DNA of 64,000 nt, taken from contig NC_045696.1 in assembly GCF_009834535.1 (NCBI RefSeq), forward strand, positions 8,682,001 through 8,746,000. The letters run 5' to 3'. Each line of letters starts with the position of its first letter. Positions within the stretch are counted from its first letter, which is position 1. Both the position numbers and the translations under genes were made by a program. Shown here piece by piece: positions 11,740 to 23,812 of the stretch. The stretch comes from Camelus ferus. Lineage: Eukaryota. The notes under the pieces are model-generated. The model was not told the origin of the DNA and did not search any database. It saw only the letters and a program-made list of their open reading frames with translations.

Positions 11740-11962
11740 ACATGTGCTGCGCCAGCTCCGCAGCGGGTTCTGCAGCGCCGCTCGATGTAGAAGAGTCCGT
11801 GGTGAGCTGGACCCCGTGTCTGAAGCCTGGAGAAGGACTGCCGGGTGGAGGGCTCTGTGCTGCACACCGCTGTGGGTCTTGTAGGTCCCCCGGCTCTGCG
11901 TTCTTAGCCTCCGGAGCCAGGAGGACAGCTGGACACGGTAACGGCCCCTCTATCTCCCACCG
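11740..11962 (-). pseudogene. Candidate exon remnant (CpG-rich)
   Basis: Polypyrimidine acceptor ttttatttcatctcaag|; long open frames; donor unclear. Confidence 0.35.
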
Positions 11963-12917
11963 CTTGAGATGAAATAAAAGCAGGAGGCAGTGATGCAATA
12001 TTCATGATTTTCTTTGTAGTGGAATCCAGAGTATTTCTGAAGCCTCTATGCTTCTACACTTGCTCTAGGCAAAAATAATAATAATAATAATAATTTGGGA
12101 GAAGACTTGGCACTTGGTGCGGCTGTGTCTGGCTGCTGAGCTTGTTGCAAAAATTCTGTCTGAGAGCAGCAGACAGAGTCTTGCCACCAAAGAAGCCCTG
12201 TTGTGACTTATAAAAAGAATAGAGGCCTATTTTTCAATTCAGGGGAATTTTTCCAGGCCAAAAAAAAAAAAAAAAAAAAAAAGGCAGTAGCATATTTTAA
12301 CTCTGACTGATATAAAGGAAAGGCTTCTTTTGACATCTATTGAACTAAAAAAAAAAAAAAAAAGAAAAACTAAAAAAAAAAAAACCTAACTTTTCAGTTT
12401 ATCAGAAGCTTAAGGGGAACCCTAAGGGCAATTCCTTTGTAAGAGAAAAAAACAAAACAAAACAAAAAAAAAACAGCAACAACAACAAAAAACCCCAAAG
12501 GTGGGGTCCCTGAGTTTTGTCTCTGAATTGATAGGCATTTTGCTTCAGCAGAAGTCAGCTGCAGATCCCAGCCCTGACTCCTAGGTTCCTAGTCTGGACA
12601 TATCCTGCAAAGCGGTGCCACTGGTCTTGAACTGACACCTTAAATGTGCAACGTCACCCCCCTGCTTTGGAAGAAGCCTTCCTGAGACATGAAACAGCAT
12701 TTTTGTAACAGTTCCCACAAAGACATGCAAATGGCTGGGAGCTACATCCTATCTGCTGCAGAGGTTTTGCAATATCTCCTCCGTGGAGGGACCTTGTGGA
12801 TTTGTGGGAGTAAAATAAAAGACACGGAGGATGTGTGGGATGTTTGTGTTGGAAGAAGCTTGTCTAGCCCGGTAGTGATTAAAAGATCATAAATTGTGTT
12901 TTGTCTGAGTGGCTCAC

Positions 12918-13290
12918 ATGGTTTTCGATGTTATTCCCGTTTAAGGTTGGCGGCCGACGGCGGAGGTGGGAGGCGGAGAAGCCAGAGAAGGTTGTAAGAT
13001 TAGCGGGCAAGTGGCCCCTGAACTGGCTGCAGCGTGGCTCTCCGCACCCACAAAATGCCACGTGCTCCATCTGGGTTTAGCCCCAGACCTTTTAGGGAAG
13101 GAGCTGCAGGAGCGGCTGCTTTGGGTGAATTTCAGGGTTGTGACATTGGCAGTGGCTCCCTGTGCTGGGGTCATGCGCAGACCACAGGTTCCTGCTCGCC
13201 TGTCCGTGTGTGTGTGTGTCAGCCGAGATGCAGAGGAAGGACGCTGCTTCCTCTCCTTCAGTTTGTGTCCCAAAGGGCTGCCCAGGACAC
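12918..13290 (-). pseudogene. Candidate exon remnant (CpG-rich)
   Basis: Donor cat|gtgagc at 12918/12917; overlapping minus ORFs; acceptor uncertain. Confidence 0.35.
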
Positions 13291-13494
13291 ATAACCCTCT
13301 GACTGTGCCTGGAGGAGTGGAATTTATCTAGAGGTGTGTCTGCAACTCAGAAGGTCCGTACTTGGGACTGCCCAGCGGCGCTGGCAGACGTGGCTGTTCG
13401 TGATGATGAGCCCAGCGACGCGTGGTCTGCAACACGGGAGGAAACAGGAAACGCTCGCTCTTACCAAGCGGGCTCTTCACGGGCTCTCGCTCAC

Positions 13495-13559
13495 CGAAGC
13501 GGTTTCTTTCTTTCTCCTGCTGCTGCCCCTCCTTCTTCCTTGAAGCTTTATTTTTGTGG
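13495..13559 (-). pseudogene. Small exon remnant (65 nt)
   Basis: tcttgttacag| ... tcg|gtgagc; open in two frames (e.g. HKNKASRKKEGQQQEKERNRF). Confidence 0.55.
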
Positions 13560-13644
13560 CTGTAACAAGACCAGTTTGGGTTGGATTAGCTTTCAAACAT
13601 CGTGATACCAAAACAAGGAGGCAAAATGATAATGGCAATCAGAA

Positions 13645-14380
13645 AAACGTTTTGCAGGTTGGCAGTTTCTTACAAAGCCACGTGATCAGGCAGTGGCGCT
13701 CTGGGTAAATGGTATTTACCCAAATGAGCTGAGAATTTAAGTCCACACAGCTATTCATAGACATTTTATTCAGTTACCCAAACTTGAAAACACGTCCTTC
13801 AGTGACTGAATGAATAAACAAATTGTGTTCTATCCATACAATGGGGTAGTATTCAGCAATAAAAAGAAATGAGCTGTAAGCCACAAAAAAATATGGAAGA
13901 ATCTTAAATGTGTATTACCAAGTGAAAGAAACTGATCTAAAAAGGCTAATACTGTATGATTCCAACTCTATGACATTCTGGAAAAGGCAAAACTGAAACT
14001 TAAAAAAAAAAGAAAGTAAAAGGATCAGTGGTTGCCAGGGGTTTGAGGGGAGGGAGGGATGGTGAGAAATGAAGCACAGGGGAGTTTAGGGCAGTGAATC
14101 TGATTCTGTACGTTAGTGTCACGGTGGGCGCATGACGTCGTGCATTTGTCAAAGCCCATAAAAAGTGCAAGACAAAGAATCAACTGGAAGGAAACCTATG
14201 GACTTTAGTTAGTAATGACGTATCAGAATTGTTTAATTATAACCGATGTAGCACGCCAATGCAAGATGCCAGTCGTAGGGGAAACGAGGCGGGGTAGGGT
14301 GTCTATGGGAACTATCTGTACCTTTTGCTCAATTTTTCTGTAAACCTAAAGCTGCTCTGAAAAATAAAGTTATTAATTAA
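13645..14380 (+). mobile_element. L1MB/MC-type 3' end
   Basis: ttggcagtttcttacaaag ... tgtatgattccaact ... aatttttctgtaaacctaaagctgctctgaaaaataaag. Confidence 0.8.
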
Positions 14381-15204
14381 AAGGAGCACTTTGAGAGGTA
14401 GGAGGTGGTCGATACAACTGGTCTTTTGTTAGGTGGGGTGGTGGCAAAAGCCTCTGGGACCAGGAAGGCTTCCTGGAGGAAGTGCCACTTAAGCTGAAAC
14501 CCACAGTAGCGGAAGGGTGGGGTGTGTGTGGCAAGATTACAAAACCACGAGGCTGGAGCTTGGAGAGAGTAAAGGTGAGAGGCTCTGGATGATCCTGGAG
14601 CAGTAGGTAAGAGACTGAGCCTGGAGGACATGAGAAGGTCTTCAGTTTTAACCTGAAACTGAAGTTAAAAAGCAGGGCACTGCATACCCAGACTGTGTGC
14701 TGTGGGGACCAGATTGGGAGTGGTGGGGTGCCTGGGGACAGAGGACATCAGATCTGAGCTGGAATTGGATGGACTTGAGGAGTCCAGGAAAGAGAGGAAA
14801 ATAGTTTTTCTTTTGCGGGGGAACAGCTGGAATCTGGGCCATGAAAGCGTGTGGATTCTTGGGGAACTCACTGCGGGAGCTTCAACACAGACAGGACTTC
14901 TGTTTCTGTTGTCTTATACTCCAATGGTCCTTCTTGAACACATTCTTTAAGATGCAAAATTTGGCTGGATCATTGGTTTTAACAGTTTTCCTGATTTCTT
15001 TCTAGTTTCCATATTTGGGTAGAAGTTCTTCATCTACAGTAACTGTTTCTCCCCTCAGTGGGCAAGCAGAAGTCTAGACAGAAAACTGATGTCTGACTAG
15101 AGGCACCAATTATTTGTTAATTGCTAAAAAAATCTGTGCAAAACAGGCAGTGAGTGGTGGGTTGTTGTGTAGACTATGGCTGCAGTATCCAGCTGTGTGG
15201 TCAC

Positions 15205-15647
15205 TGTTGACTGAAAAAAATGCACCATCTGAAAGATGAGAATTATGTTTTATTTGGTAGACTTTCTGAGGACCTAAGGCAGGGAGACAGCCTCTCAGAA
15301 TAGCTCTGAAGGACTGCTCCAAAGAGGTAGGGGAGGAACCAGGATATGTAGGAGTTTTTGCAACAAAAAGCAGGTAGTCGGAACATCAAAAGAGTACAGT
15401 TAATTAAAGAAAAACCGGCCATATCAGGTTAATGAGTTTAGTGCTTTTCTGTGTATGGGAAGATGCTAGAGTCTGGGCTCACTGAAATCAATCCTTTGAT
15501 CTGCACCTTCACTATGTAGGGCCAGTATCCTGCTTTCCTCATCCTGAATCCCCTTAGAGTGCACAGTTGGGGCAGCTGCAGTGGCTCCTGGCTTGATGGC
15601 CACAACATCCTATTTACTGATATGAAAGATGGCATTTTTGGTCTATG
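15205..15647 (-). mobile_element. ERV1-class solo LTR (same family as 53541-54019)
   Basis: Starts tgttgactgaaa; shares gacagcctctcaga..gctctga.ggactgctcc; near-TSD tcac/ccac. Confidence 0.8.
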
Positions 15648-15773
15648 CCACTGTGGCCACTGGACACTTGAAATGCGATGTGTCCAAATTGAGATGTGCT
15701 GTAACGGTTTAGAAGACTTTGTGCCAACAAAAGAATGTGAAATATCTGGTCAATAATTTTTATATTGATTACA

Positions 15774-15933
15774 AAATAGATAAGCAAAAAGTTTCTACTG
15801 TGTAGCCCAGGGAACTATATTCACTATCTTGTAGTAACCTATAATGAAAAAGAATATGAGAAGGAATATATGGATGTACGTGTATGACTGAAACACTATG
15901 CTGTACACCAGAAATTGACACAACATTGTACAT
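15774..15933 (+). mobile_element. Tail-less L1 3'UTR fragment between 17-bp direct repeats
   Basis: tttttatattgattaca at 15757-15773 and 15934-15950. Confidence 0.8.
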
Positions 15934-16039
15934 TTTTTATATTGATTACATGTTAAAATGATAATATTTTTGGGCATATTAGGTCAAGAAGATGTTGTAA
16001 AAATTAATTTCAACTGTTTCTTTTTCCTTTTTGAATATG

Positions 16040-17240
16040 GCAGATTAGTTTGCTAGGTCTGTCCTAACGAAATACCACAGACGAACAAGATACCAACAAC
16101 ATAACAATCTCGGAATCACTTTCGAAGTCATTCTTCCCTTTTGTTGAAGGATAACCCATGTTCACTGCTGGATGGCTCCGTTGTTCCGTCCTGTAAAATT
16201 GTGGAAGTCCACTCACTTCCCTTCATTTTGTCCCATCTCCGTCCCCTTTGGTCCAAGTCTGCAGCATTTCTTCTGGTATAATCCCATCTCTCGTCCTGGT
16301 TTCCACAGAGATGGCTGATGGCATCCGTGACGCACACCTGTAATCTCTTCACCAGCTTTTCGCCCAGCCACATCCTTGCTAGTCTCCCCAGAATATGCTT
16401 TTGCATATTTTGCAATAGGGATAGGCTGAGAATTTTCCAAACCTTCACGTTCTGCTGGGTTTCTTTGCTTCATAATGCCTTCTTCCATTTCTCTCTTCTC
16501 TCACATTTTACTGTAAGCAGCGATGGGAAACTGGGCCACATTTTCCACATGTTGCTTAGAAATCTCCTAAGCTAAATGTCTCAGTTCATCACGTGCGAGT
16601 TCTACCCTCCTCACCACCCAGAACATGATTCAGCCCAATTCTTTGTCACTTCACTACAGGATTGCTTTTCCTCCAGCATCTGGTAACACGCTCCTTATTT
16701 CCATCTGAGTTCTCAGCAGAAGCACCTTTAATGACCTGAACAGTTTCTTCAAGGAAATCTAGACTTTTTCTCACATACACCTCAAAACTTTTACAGCCTC
16801 TCCCCATTAGCCCGTCCTAAAGACATTTTCACATTTTTAGATTTTTTTTTTTTTTTTTTTTTACAGCAGCACCTTGACAGGGCTGCCACGACAGACCACC
16901 ACCAGCTAAGTGGCTTAAACAACAGAAATGTGTCTTCTCACAGGACCAAGGGGCTGCCAGGTGTGATTTTTCCAGAGGCCCCTCTCTCTGGCTTGCAGGC
17001 GGTAGCCTTCTCACTGTGTTGCCCACATGGTGTCTCCTCTGGGCTCACACATCTTTGGTGTCTCCCTGTGTGCTCTGATCTCTGCAGACTCCAGTCCGAT
17101 AGGACTAGGGTCACCCTAACAGCCTCATTTTTCCATAGTCACCTCTTTAAAGGCCCTGTCTCCAAATATAGTCATCTTCTGAGCTACTCGGGTGAGGGCT
17201 TCACCATATAAATGTTGGGGAGACACAGTTCATCCCCTCA
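16040..17240 (-). mobile_element. MaLR internal sequence plus MLT1 LTR
   Basis: cttagaaatctcc..gctaaatg, cacatttttag...acagcagcacc, then ggcttaaacaacagaaatg...ggagacacagttca. Confidence 0.65.
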
Positions 17241-17779
17241 CAGGTGGCTGCTAGAAACTTCCAGGTTGCAAATAAGGTTGCATCCACAGCTTGCGTGATT
17301 CGTTGACTGGGTGGCACTGTTCCATGCCTCACCTGCACAGGAAGGGCCGCCCCGTGAATTCACTCTGCAGCCAGAGCTCAGCGATCCAGCTCCTGGTTGT
17401 TTCCTAGTTACAAACGGACCTTGCTCACCAGGGCCTGGGGTAGGTGGGCTTTGGGACTCTACGTGCCTCTCATTTTCCTTGCTGCCTTTTTGACCTGTGA
17501 CCCCAGTTACTGACCAGCAGGATGAAGCCTTGCAGACACAGGGAGTCTGAGCTGTGACTCAGTCTGAGGACGGCCCTCCCTGGACACTGTGGCTGTGTTT
17601 ACTGTTCAGGGCAGTCATTAGCTTGCTGGGCCGTGTCCTGACACAGGCTCCTTGTGACCTCGGCTCACCCTTGTGAAGTCTGTCTTCTTCCTGGGGAACC
17701 GGGCCCTTGCCTGCACCTGCCTGTTATTTCACAAGGACGGGGGAGGCCAGATGAAACCAGGCCTGTTGTACGCGGCAGA

Positions 17780-17972
17780 CTTCTCCTGTGTCCCCATCTG
17801 TCAGAAGTGGGAGGGAGCTCTATGGGGTCTCTTATGAAAGCTCTGTTCCCTTTCATTAAGGTTCCACCCTCGTGACCTAATCACCAAACGCCCCACCTCC
17901 TAGTACCGTCACATTAGGCATTTGGATTTCAACACAGGAATGCTGAGGGGACACCAACATTCAGACCACAGC
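17780..17972 (-). mobile_element. MLT1 LTR fragment
   Basis: ccaccctcgtgacctaatcacc...ggggacaccaacattcagaccacagc. Confidence 0.75.
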
Positions 17973-18148
17973 GACTGGCTACGTAATTTGCAGGACTCAG
18001 AGAAAAATGAAAATGGTGGGTCTCTTTCTCAAAAATTAAGTATTTCAAGTTGGTGACCACATAGCATTAAACCAAGTGGGGGACCATCCTGAACGAGGAA
18101 CCCTGAACCCTGTGTGGCTGTGCAGTCACGGCCATGAACCTGGCTCTC
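17973..18148. mobile_element. MER45A-like hAT MITE
   Basis: ggctacgtaatttgcagg...aaaatgaaaatg...gcattaaaccaag...ccatgaacctggc. Confidence 0.7.
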
Positions 18149-18289
18149 ATTACAATATGAGCCAGATACTGAAGTGGAAGATGGCACTGGGCAAGTGTGG
18201 GTACCAGCTGGAGTCCGGGTACCACTATGATGTAATTTCCAGCCATTTCTTCTCTTCAGCACTGACTTCCTATACGTTTAGGATGTAAA

Positions 18290-18685
18290 GCACGCCAGCC
18301 TAGGGGCTTTGGTCTTGCTCTTCCCTCTGCCTGAAACACATTCCGCTGGATTTTCACCTGGTTCACACGCTGGTACCATAAGTCTCTGATTAAATGTCAT
18401 TTCTTCAGGGAAAAAAACCCAAAAAACCTCCCTGACAACTCTGTCTAAACGACCACTTCCTATCTGTGGCTTCTTACCCTGTTTTATTTGTCTTACTAAC
18501 CCTCTCCCTGGTTGGCCAGATATCTATGTGATTAGTGTTTCTTGATGGATTTCCCCAGACAAGAATGGAAACTGTGTGTGGGCAGGGATTTTGTTTTGTT
18601 CGCCACTGCATCCTCGGTACCTAGAACAAGGCTTGGCCCAAATAAGGAACTCCAGAAACAATTAGGTGAGTGGATCGGTGAATGA
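18290..18685 (+). mobile_element. L2 3' end
   Basis: cttccctctgcctgaaac...ggcagggattttgttttgttc...cctagaacaaggcttggc. Confidence 0.65.
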
Positions 18686-18806
18686 AGACTTGTTGCTGCA
18701 GGATCCAATATTTCTGCCTTGGGGAAAAAAGCAGTTTCCAGTTTGTTCTAGTCTTTGATGAGAGAGTTGACCTTGGATAGCAGGTGATGTAGGAAGGGCA
18801 ACTCAC

Positions 18807-19022
18807 AATTGTAAAAGGACAGACAAGATGGGTCGGGTCATGATTACAAGTGTTCCGGTACATTCTGCTCTCCTAAGACCAGTTTCTGGCAAATCCTAAT
18901 TGTATATTTTGCATATATTTTGTGAGCTCTATTCGGTTTACATACATTATCCCATACGCGAGCAAATTCATCTTCATTTGTACCTTGTGGTACATTTCAG
19001 AGTGTCTACTCTACTCACAGAC
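18807..19022 (-). pseudogene. Exon remnant with a SINE inserted at its acceptor
   Basis: Frame TNEDEFARVWDNVCKPNRAHKIYAKYTIRICQKLVLGEQNVPEHL*; donor att|gtgagt. Confidence 0.55.
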
Positions 19023-19026
19023 CTGT

Positions 19027-19067
19027 TTTTTTCTTTTTTCTTTTCTTCCCCCAGGAGGGGGATTAGG

Positions 19068-19115
<48 letters not shown>

Positions 19116-19210
19116 TTTTTTTTTTTTTTTAGAAGAGGTACTGGGGGTTGAACCCAGGACCTCCTGCATGCTAAGCATGCGCTCTACCACTTGAGCTATA
19201 CCCTCCCCCC
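19027..19210 (-). mobile_element. Full-length Vic-like SINE with internal (TAA)n
   Basis: A/B boxes; perfect TSD tcacagacctgt at 19015-19026 and 19212-19223. Confidence 0.93.
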
Positions 19211-19239
19211 ATCACAGACCTGTGTTCTAAGGACTTCTA

Positions 19240-19700
19240 CCCATAATCCCTTCTGAAGGGGTAGGTTCAGGCGGCCATGCTCGGCTCTATCATCTTACCA
19301 TGTTTGCCGCAGATGACTGGGGCAAGATTGGACAGCTGACTCAATGCCAGCCAATTAGCTTGCTGGCCAGTAACCAATCAGCTTCATGCTTAAAAATCTG
19401 AACACAGATACAGAGACTCTAGCCAACTGGTGATGGGTATTCCACCTCGTGGACTCAGGACTGGTTGCTACATTGAGTCCAGTGAACAGACAATGAAGGC
19501 AGAGAGGAAAAGAGACAAGTGACAAGTGAGAAATAGAAGAAGAAGGAAGGCCATGAGGCTGCTGAGAAGTGGAGAGACTTTCTTACAGTTTCCTAGTTTT
19601 ATGGGTCAGCTGTATTTTATTTTGCCTTTCTTTTATTTATTTTATTTTACTATGCCTCTCTTTCTCCATGAAATTACTTTTAGATCCTTCTAATAACCCA
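19240..19700. mobile_element. Old ERVL LTR (LTR16/LTR33-like) fragment
   Basis: tgactcaatgccagccaattagc...accaatcag and purine-rich middle; degenerate. Confidence 0.35.
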
Positions 19701-19803
19701 GCTTTGGACAGCTGACACCCTCATCTTCTAAAACTGAGCCAGAAATTAACCAGAAAAACACAACTCCAGGGAAATGTCCCTTTCCAGTTACTCAAATGCT
19801 CAC

Positions 19804-20030
19804 TTCAACAATGTTTAAGTGTAATTTAATGTCATTTAATGTATACCGATGCACGGTCATAGGTATTGGAGGAGATAACAGCTTCGTCTGCAACAAAACA
19901 CATTCTCTTGAGAAAGGATACTAATTTTGTTGGTGGACAGATAATACATACATGCAAATTATGATTAAGTTCCCAGGGAGGGGACAGATCTGTATAGCTC
20001 CATTCACTCTTATGACACTGCTGCCGGGGT
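19804..20030 (-). pseudogene. Candidate exon remnant
   Basis: SEWSYTDLSPPWELNHNLHVCIICPPTKLVSFLKRMCFVADEAVISSNTYDRASVYIK*; donor gaa|gtgagc. Confidence 0.4.
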
Positions 20031-20199
20031 CCGGAACACCCACCTCTACCTGAGTGCCTTCCTCGATCTCCTGGGCCTCCTGGGGATGCCAAATGACAGT
20101 CTCTCATCTGGGGACATCCCCTCCCAGCCTGTCTGACAGAGGCTCTGCTTTGAAACCACATCCTAGTAAGATCAGCTGTATGACTTTCAAGGGCTCTAA

Positions 20200-20604
20200 T
20201 AGTTAGGGACTGCCATAATAAAGCACCTTAGCCTGGGTGGCTTGAACAACAGAATGCATTTCTCACAGTTTGGGAGGCTGGAAGTCAAGCTCCAGGTGTG
20301 GGCTGATCTGGTTCCTGGTGAAGTCTCTCTTCCTGGTTTGCACACAGGGGCTTCTTGCTATGTCTCCATATGACAGAGAGACAGAGCAAGAGAGAGAGAC
20401 AGAGAGACAGAAAGAGAGAGCTAGAGAGAGAGGCTGAGAGAGCTCTCTAGTGTTTCTTTTCATAAGGACACTAATCCTATTGGAAAAGGGCCCCCGTCTT
20501 ATGACCTCATTTAACCTTAGTTACTTCTTTACTCCAAATACATCCACACTGGGGGTTAGGGCTTTACCAGATGAATTTTAGTCCATTTCACATTCAGTCC
20601 ATGA
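20200..20604 (-). mobile_element. MLT1A/B-like LTR with GA-rich tract, inserted in a MER45A-like copy (~20165-20740)
   Basis: gggactgccataataaagcacc...gggtggcttgaacaacag...cacattcagtccat. Confidence 0.8.
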
Positions 20605-21854
20605 CTGGGGCCTTGTGAAAAATTAAAATGTGAGGCTTCTTATTCAAAAATTATTAAGCATTTCAAGTCAGTGAATGCAGAGCCTTCAACCGAGCACAAG
20701 GCACTTGGCCGGGCATACAGGGTCCAGCGGGCCTCACAGCAGGCTCCCTTGCTTTCTGGCTCCCTGTTCTGATTTAAAGGGATTCGGATTCTCCTGGGAT
20801 GAAATCCTGGCTTTATGTCTTACTGGCTGTGTGACCCCGAACACGTTTCTTCACCTTTTCTGAGTTTCAGCTGTTTGTCTACAAAATGGGTAGAATAGTA
20901 ATTACAGGGGTGTTGCCAGAGCTGAATGAAGTGCAAGGAAGCCCACCCCAGGGACCACATGTGCTTACTTCACATGTGGCCCCCCCACGGCATGGGGATC
21001 CCTCCCCGGTTTCCCTACCTGCTAAGTAACCCGCAGAGCCATGCAGCGCATGCCTCTAATGCACAGCTGGACGTGCATCCCTGGCAACAGGGCTGTGTGT
21101 GGTAGTGGCCCAACTCGGAGCGTGTTGGGAGAATGATCCATTAAAGAGGGGAGGAATCAACAGCGCAATTAGGAATCATTTCATCCTATAATGACGCCAG
21201 CTGCTGAAAAGGCCACTGCCCCGGAGCGTTGCCGCTAATGGCGTGTGCTGTCTGCTGCTACAATCAGCCTCTCTGACTTCCCAGGATGCGACGTCCTCTT
21301 AGGACACCAAGGATCTCGAAAATGCAGCAGATAGACACAAGGCACAAATATCCTGTCTTAATCAACAATGCAGCATAATTTATTAAGAACTTAAAAACAT
21401 TCTTCCCCAATCAGCTAAATGCCATCAACAATGTACGTTCACTCCTGTGGCTGTCTTCGTTTGATTTTTTTTCTCTTCTTCTTCTCTTTTCTCATAGAAA
21501 GAATTGAAAGCACCAGGACAGCTAATTTAGTTACGTCAAGGAAGCCAGAAAAACTGCGTGAAAAGTCTCTCAGGAAATTTTACATTAGGAGTGACTAGCC
21601 CAAAGTATCCAGGAGTCCGTGTACCTGCCACACTTGACCTTGTTACTCATTGTCCTTCGTTATCATTCACTGAGCGATTCATTCTAGAAACATGCGTTCA
21701 GTGTCTGCTGTATGTTGGACATTGTATGTGGGGAGCTGTGAAGTTCATTAAAGACAAAGATTATTGACATTTCTCCAACAGAAAGGCCGATTGCAAGGTC
21801 AACCGTGAGCATCTCTTTTAAAAGTCCCTTGACACTTAAGAAGTTATTTTGTTG

Positions 21855-22021
21855 GGGGAGGTGGCTATAGCTCAGTGGTAGTGTGTGCCTGGCATGCACG
21901 AAGTCTGGGCTTAATCTCCACTACCTCTGTTCAAACAAACAAACAAACAAACCCTAATTACTGCCCCCTCTGCCAAAAAAAAAAAAAAAAAAAAAAAGAA
22001 AAGAAAAAAGCTTTAAAAAAA
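21855..22021 (+). mobile_element. Vic-like SINE
   Basis: gctatagctcagtgg head, (CAAA)n linker, poly(A); TSD ttattttgttg at 21844-21854 and 22022-22032. Confidence 0.9.
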
Positions 22022-22999
22022 TTATTTTGTTGTGTTTGGAGGTAAAATAATTAAAACTAAAAAAATAATTAATTTAACTTTTAGCAGTAGAAATGTTGTC
22101 TATTAATTTTAGTGTAATTAAAATGTATATTTTATAGTTAAGAAAGAAAAAAAAAAAACACAACAGGGTAAAGTAGAGATGGAAAAGCAGTTTGAGAATC
22201 CTGGTTTGATTCTTTAATTTAAAGTGTCCCTGAAGCCTCTCTTCCACATGTGGGGAAGTCCCCGGCACAGGTCTGGTTTGGGGTTGAGTGTTCGTCCTTT
22301 CGCCTTTCTTCTTGTTCCTAAATCACTCAGACATCCAGGGACAAGTGATTATTTTTTAAATGGCTCCTGGAGGCTCACCACCCAGCCCCTGCCCCCAACA
22401 CAAACACACTTCCCTCTTCCGCTCCATCTCATGTCCTCAGGGGGAAAAAGCACTTACAAGTCAATCTATGGGGGTTCAAGCCACATGCCCCGCTCTCATT
22501 GTCTAGTGCTCAAGAGGAACAAGAAACATTTGAATGAAGTGTGATGTTGGTGCCCCTGATCGCTGCCTCGCTTCTCTCTGCCTCCGAGGCTCTTGAGCAG
22601 TGGGGCGTCTCCTCCCCTAGCTATCTGATAAGGACCACAGGTGCCACCTGCCCACTGTGGCCCCAACCACTTCCTTCTTCCTGACCCTTACAGGGGAAGC
22701 CAAGCAGTGGGGGTGCATTTTAAAAGGAAGGGCTCCCCTGCCATTTATCACAATGGCAACAGCGGGGCATTAGCCATCGGTGGTGGTGTCCAATAGGAGG
22801 CAGTCTCCTACCAGGGTTTCGAGTTACTTTCTCCAATGGCTGGTTGAGAAGGGGCCATCATGACCAGGAAGCCTGGATCAGTAAATAAATAAGGGTAATT
22901 AAATCTAATGCTTGACAAATGACACACGCCCATCACTGAGGTCAGGAAAGCATATCAGTTCTCACATCAGAATTATATTGTTGCAAGTGGTATGGTTTG

Positions 23000-23317
23000 G
23001 GTCCCCACCCCCCACAGAGTTTTCACGCATTAACTGTCACTAGAGACAGGATGCCGGATGCAGCGATTATCTATTATTGTGTAAGTCCTCGAATTGCATT
23101 CAGTCTAGTAGTTTTGCTTGCATTTTCATAGCTACTTTCAACTTGTTGATTGGGATCAAACTTTCTTTCCTGCAGAGATCTTGAAAGAAGAAGAACACAT
23201 GTCTATGGTTCAGTGTCAGGGAGTGACCGCAAAACGTGACCCTCTTCCAGGCCACTTGCCAGTTAATTTACTTTCACATCCAAGATGATCACTATGCTTA
23301 GATACAAATTGCCTCTC
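23000..23317 (-). pseudogene. Candidate exon remnant
   Basis: INWQVAWKRVTFCGHSLTLNHRHVFFFFQDLCRKESLIPINKLKVAMKMQAKLLD*; boundaries uncertain. Confidence 0.4.
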
Positions 23318-23572
23318 CTTTCAGGATTTAAAAATACCTCAAATTTTAAAATCAGTGTGATTTTTACATATATAGCAAACGATTCTAGTAATGATTTACT
23401 TTCAGGTCTTCATATTTTTAGACTAAAGTTCTAACAATCAATTTGATTTGATAACCAATATTAATAAGTGGCTTATAAAAACACCACCTTCTTGTCCTCC
23501 GTCCCCATTCCCACTTGCCCTGCCCTCGTGAAATCAGTGAAGAGGCAAAGAATTGTCCATTTCTGGACATAC

Positions 23573-23812
23573 CTGTGGCTTCGAACGCTTGGGCTGTGGT
23601 TTCGTACAGCCCACTGTGATGCTTGCGATGCTTTCTCTCAAAGACATTGCTGTGTTTTTGATGGAACCACCCAGGATAATGCTTTCCTTCAACAAACTCC
23701 AGAATCCTTGCTTGAACACAGAACATCCTACCCTTCTAAACTCAAGTTTTAAAAGTGCACTGATGTGTTTCCTTATATGATTTTTCCCTGGACATCCCTT
23801 GGCTTGTGTCAG
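23573..23812 (-). pseudogene. Exon remnant, ~80 open codons
   Basis: KNHIRKHISALLKLEFRRVGCSVFKQGFWSLLKESIILGGSIKNTAMSLRESIASITVGCTKPQPKRSKPQ|gtatgt. Confidence 0.65.

Larger units (their letters stand above)
15170..16040. mobile_element. MER3-like hAT element interrupted by an LTR and an L1 fragment
   Basis: cacttgaaatgcgatgtgtccaaattgagatgtgctgtaa ... ttacatgttaaaatgataatattttt ... aattaatttcaactgtttc. Confidence 0.6.

Noticed and set aside
13399..13500. Box C/D snoRNA (GTGATGA)
   Set aside because: No downstream CTGA D box or terminal stem at a suitable distance
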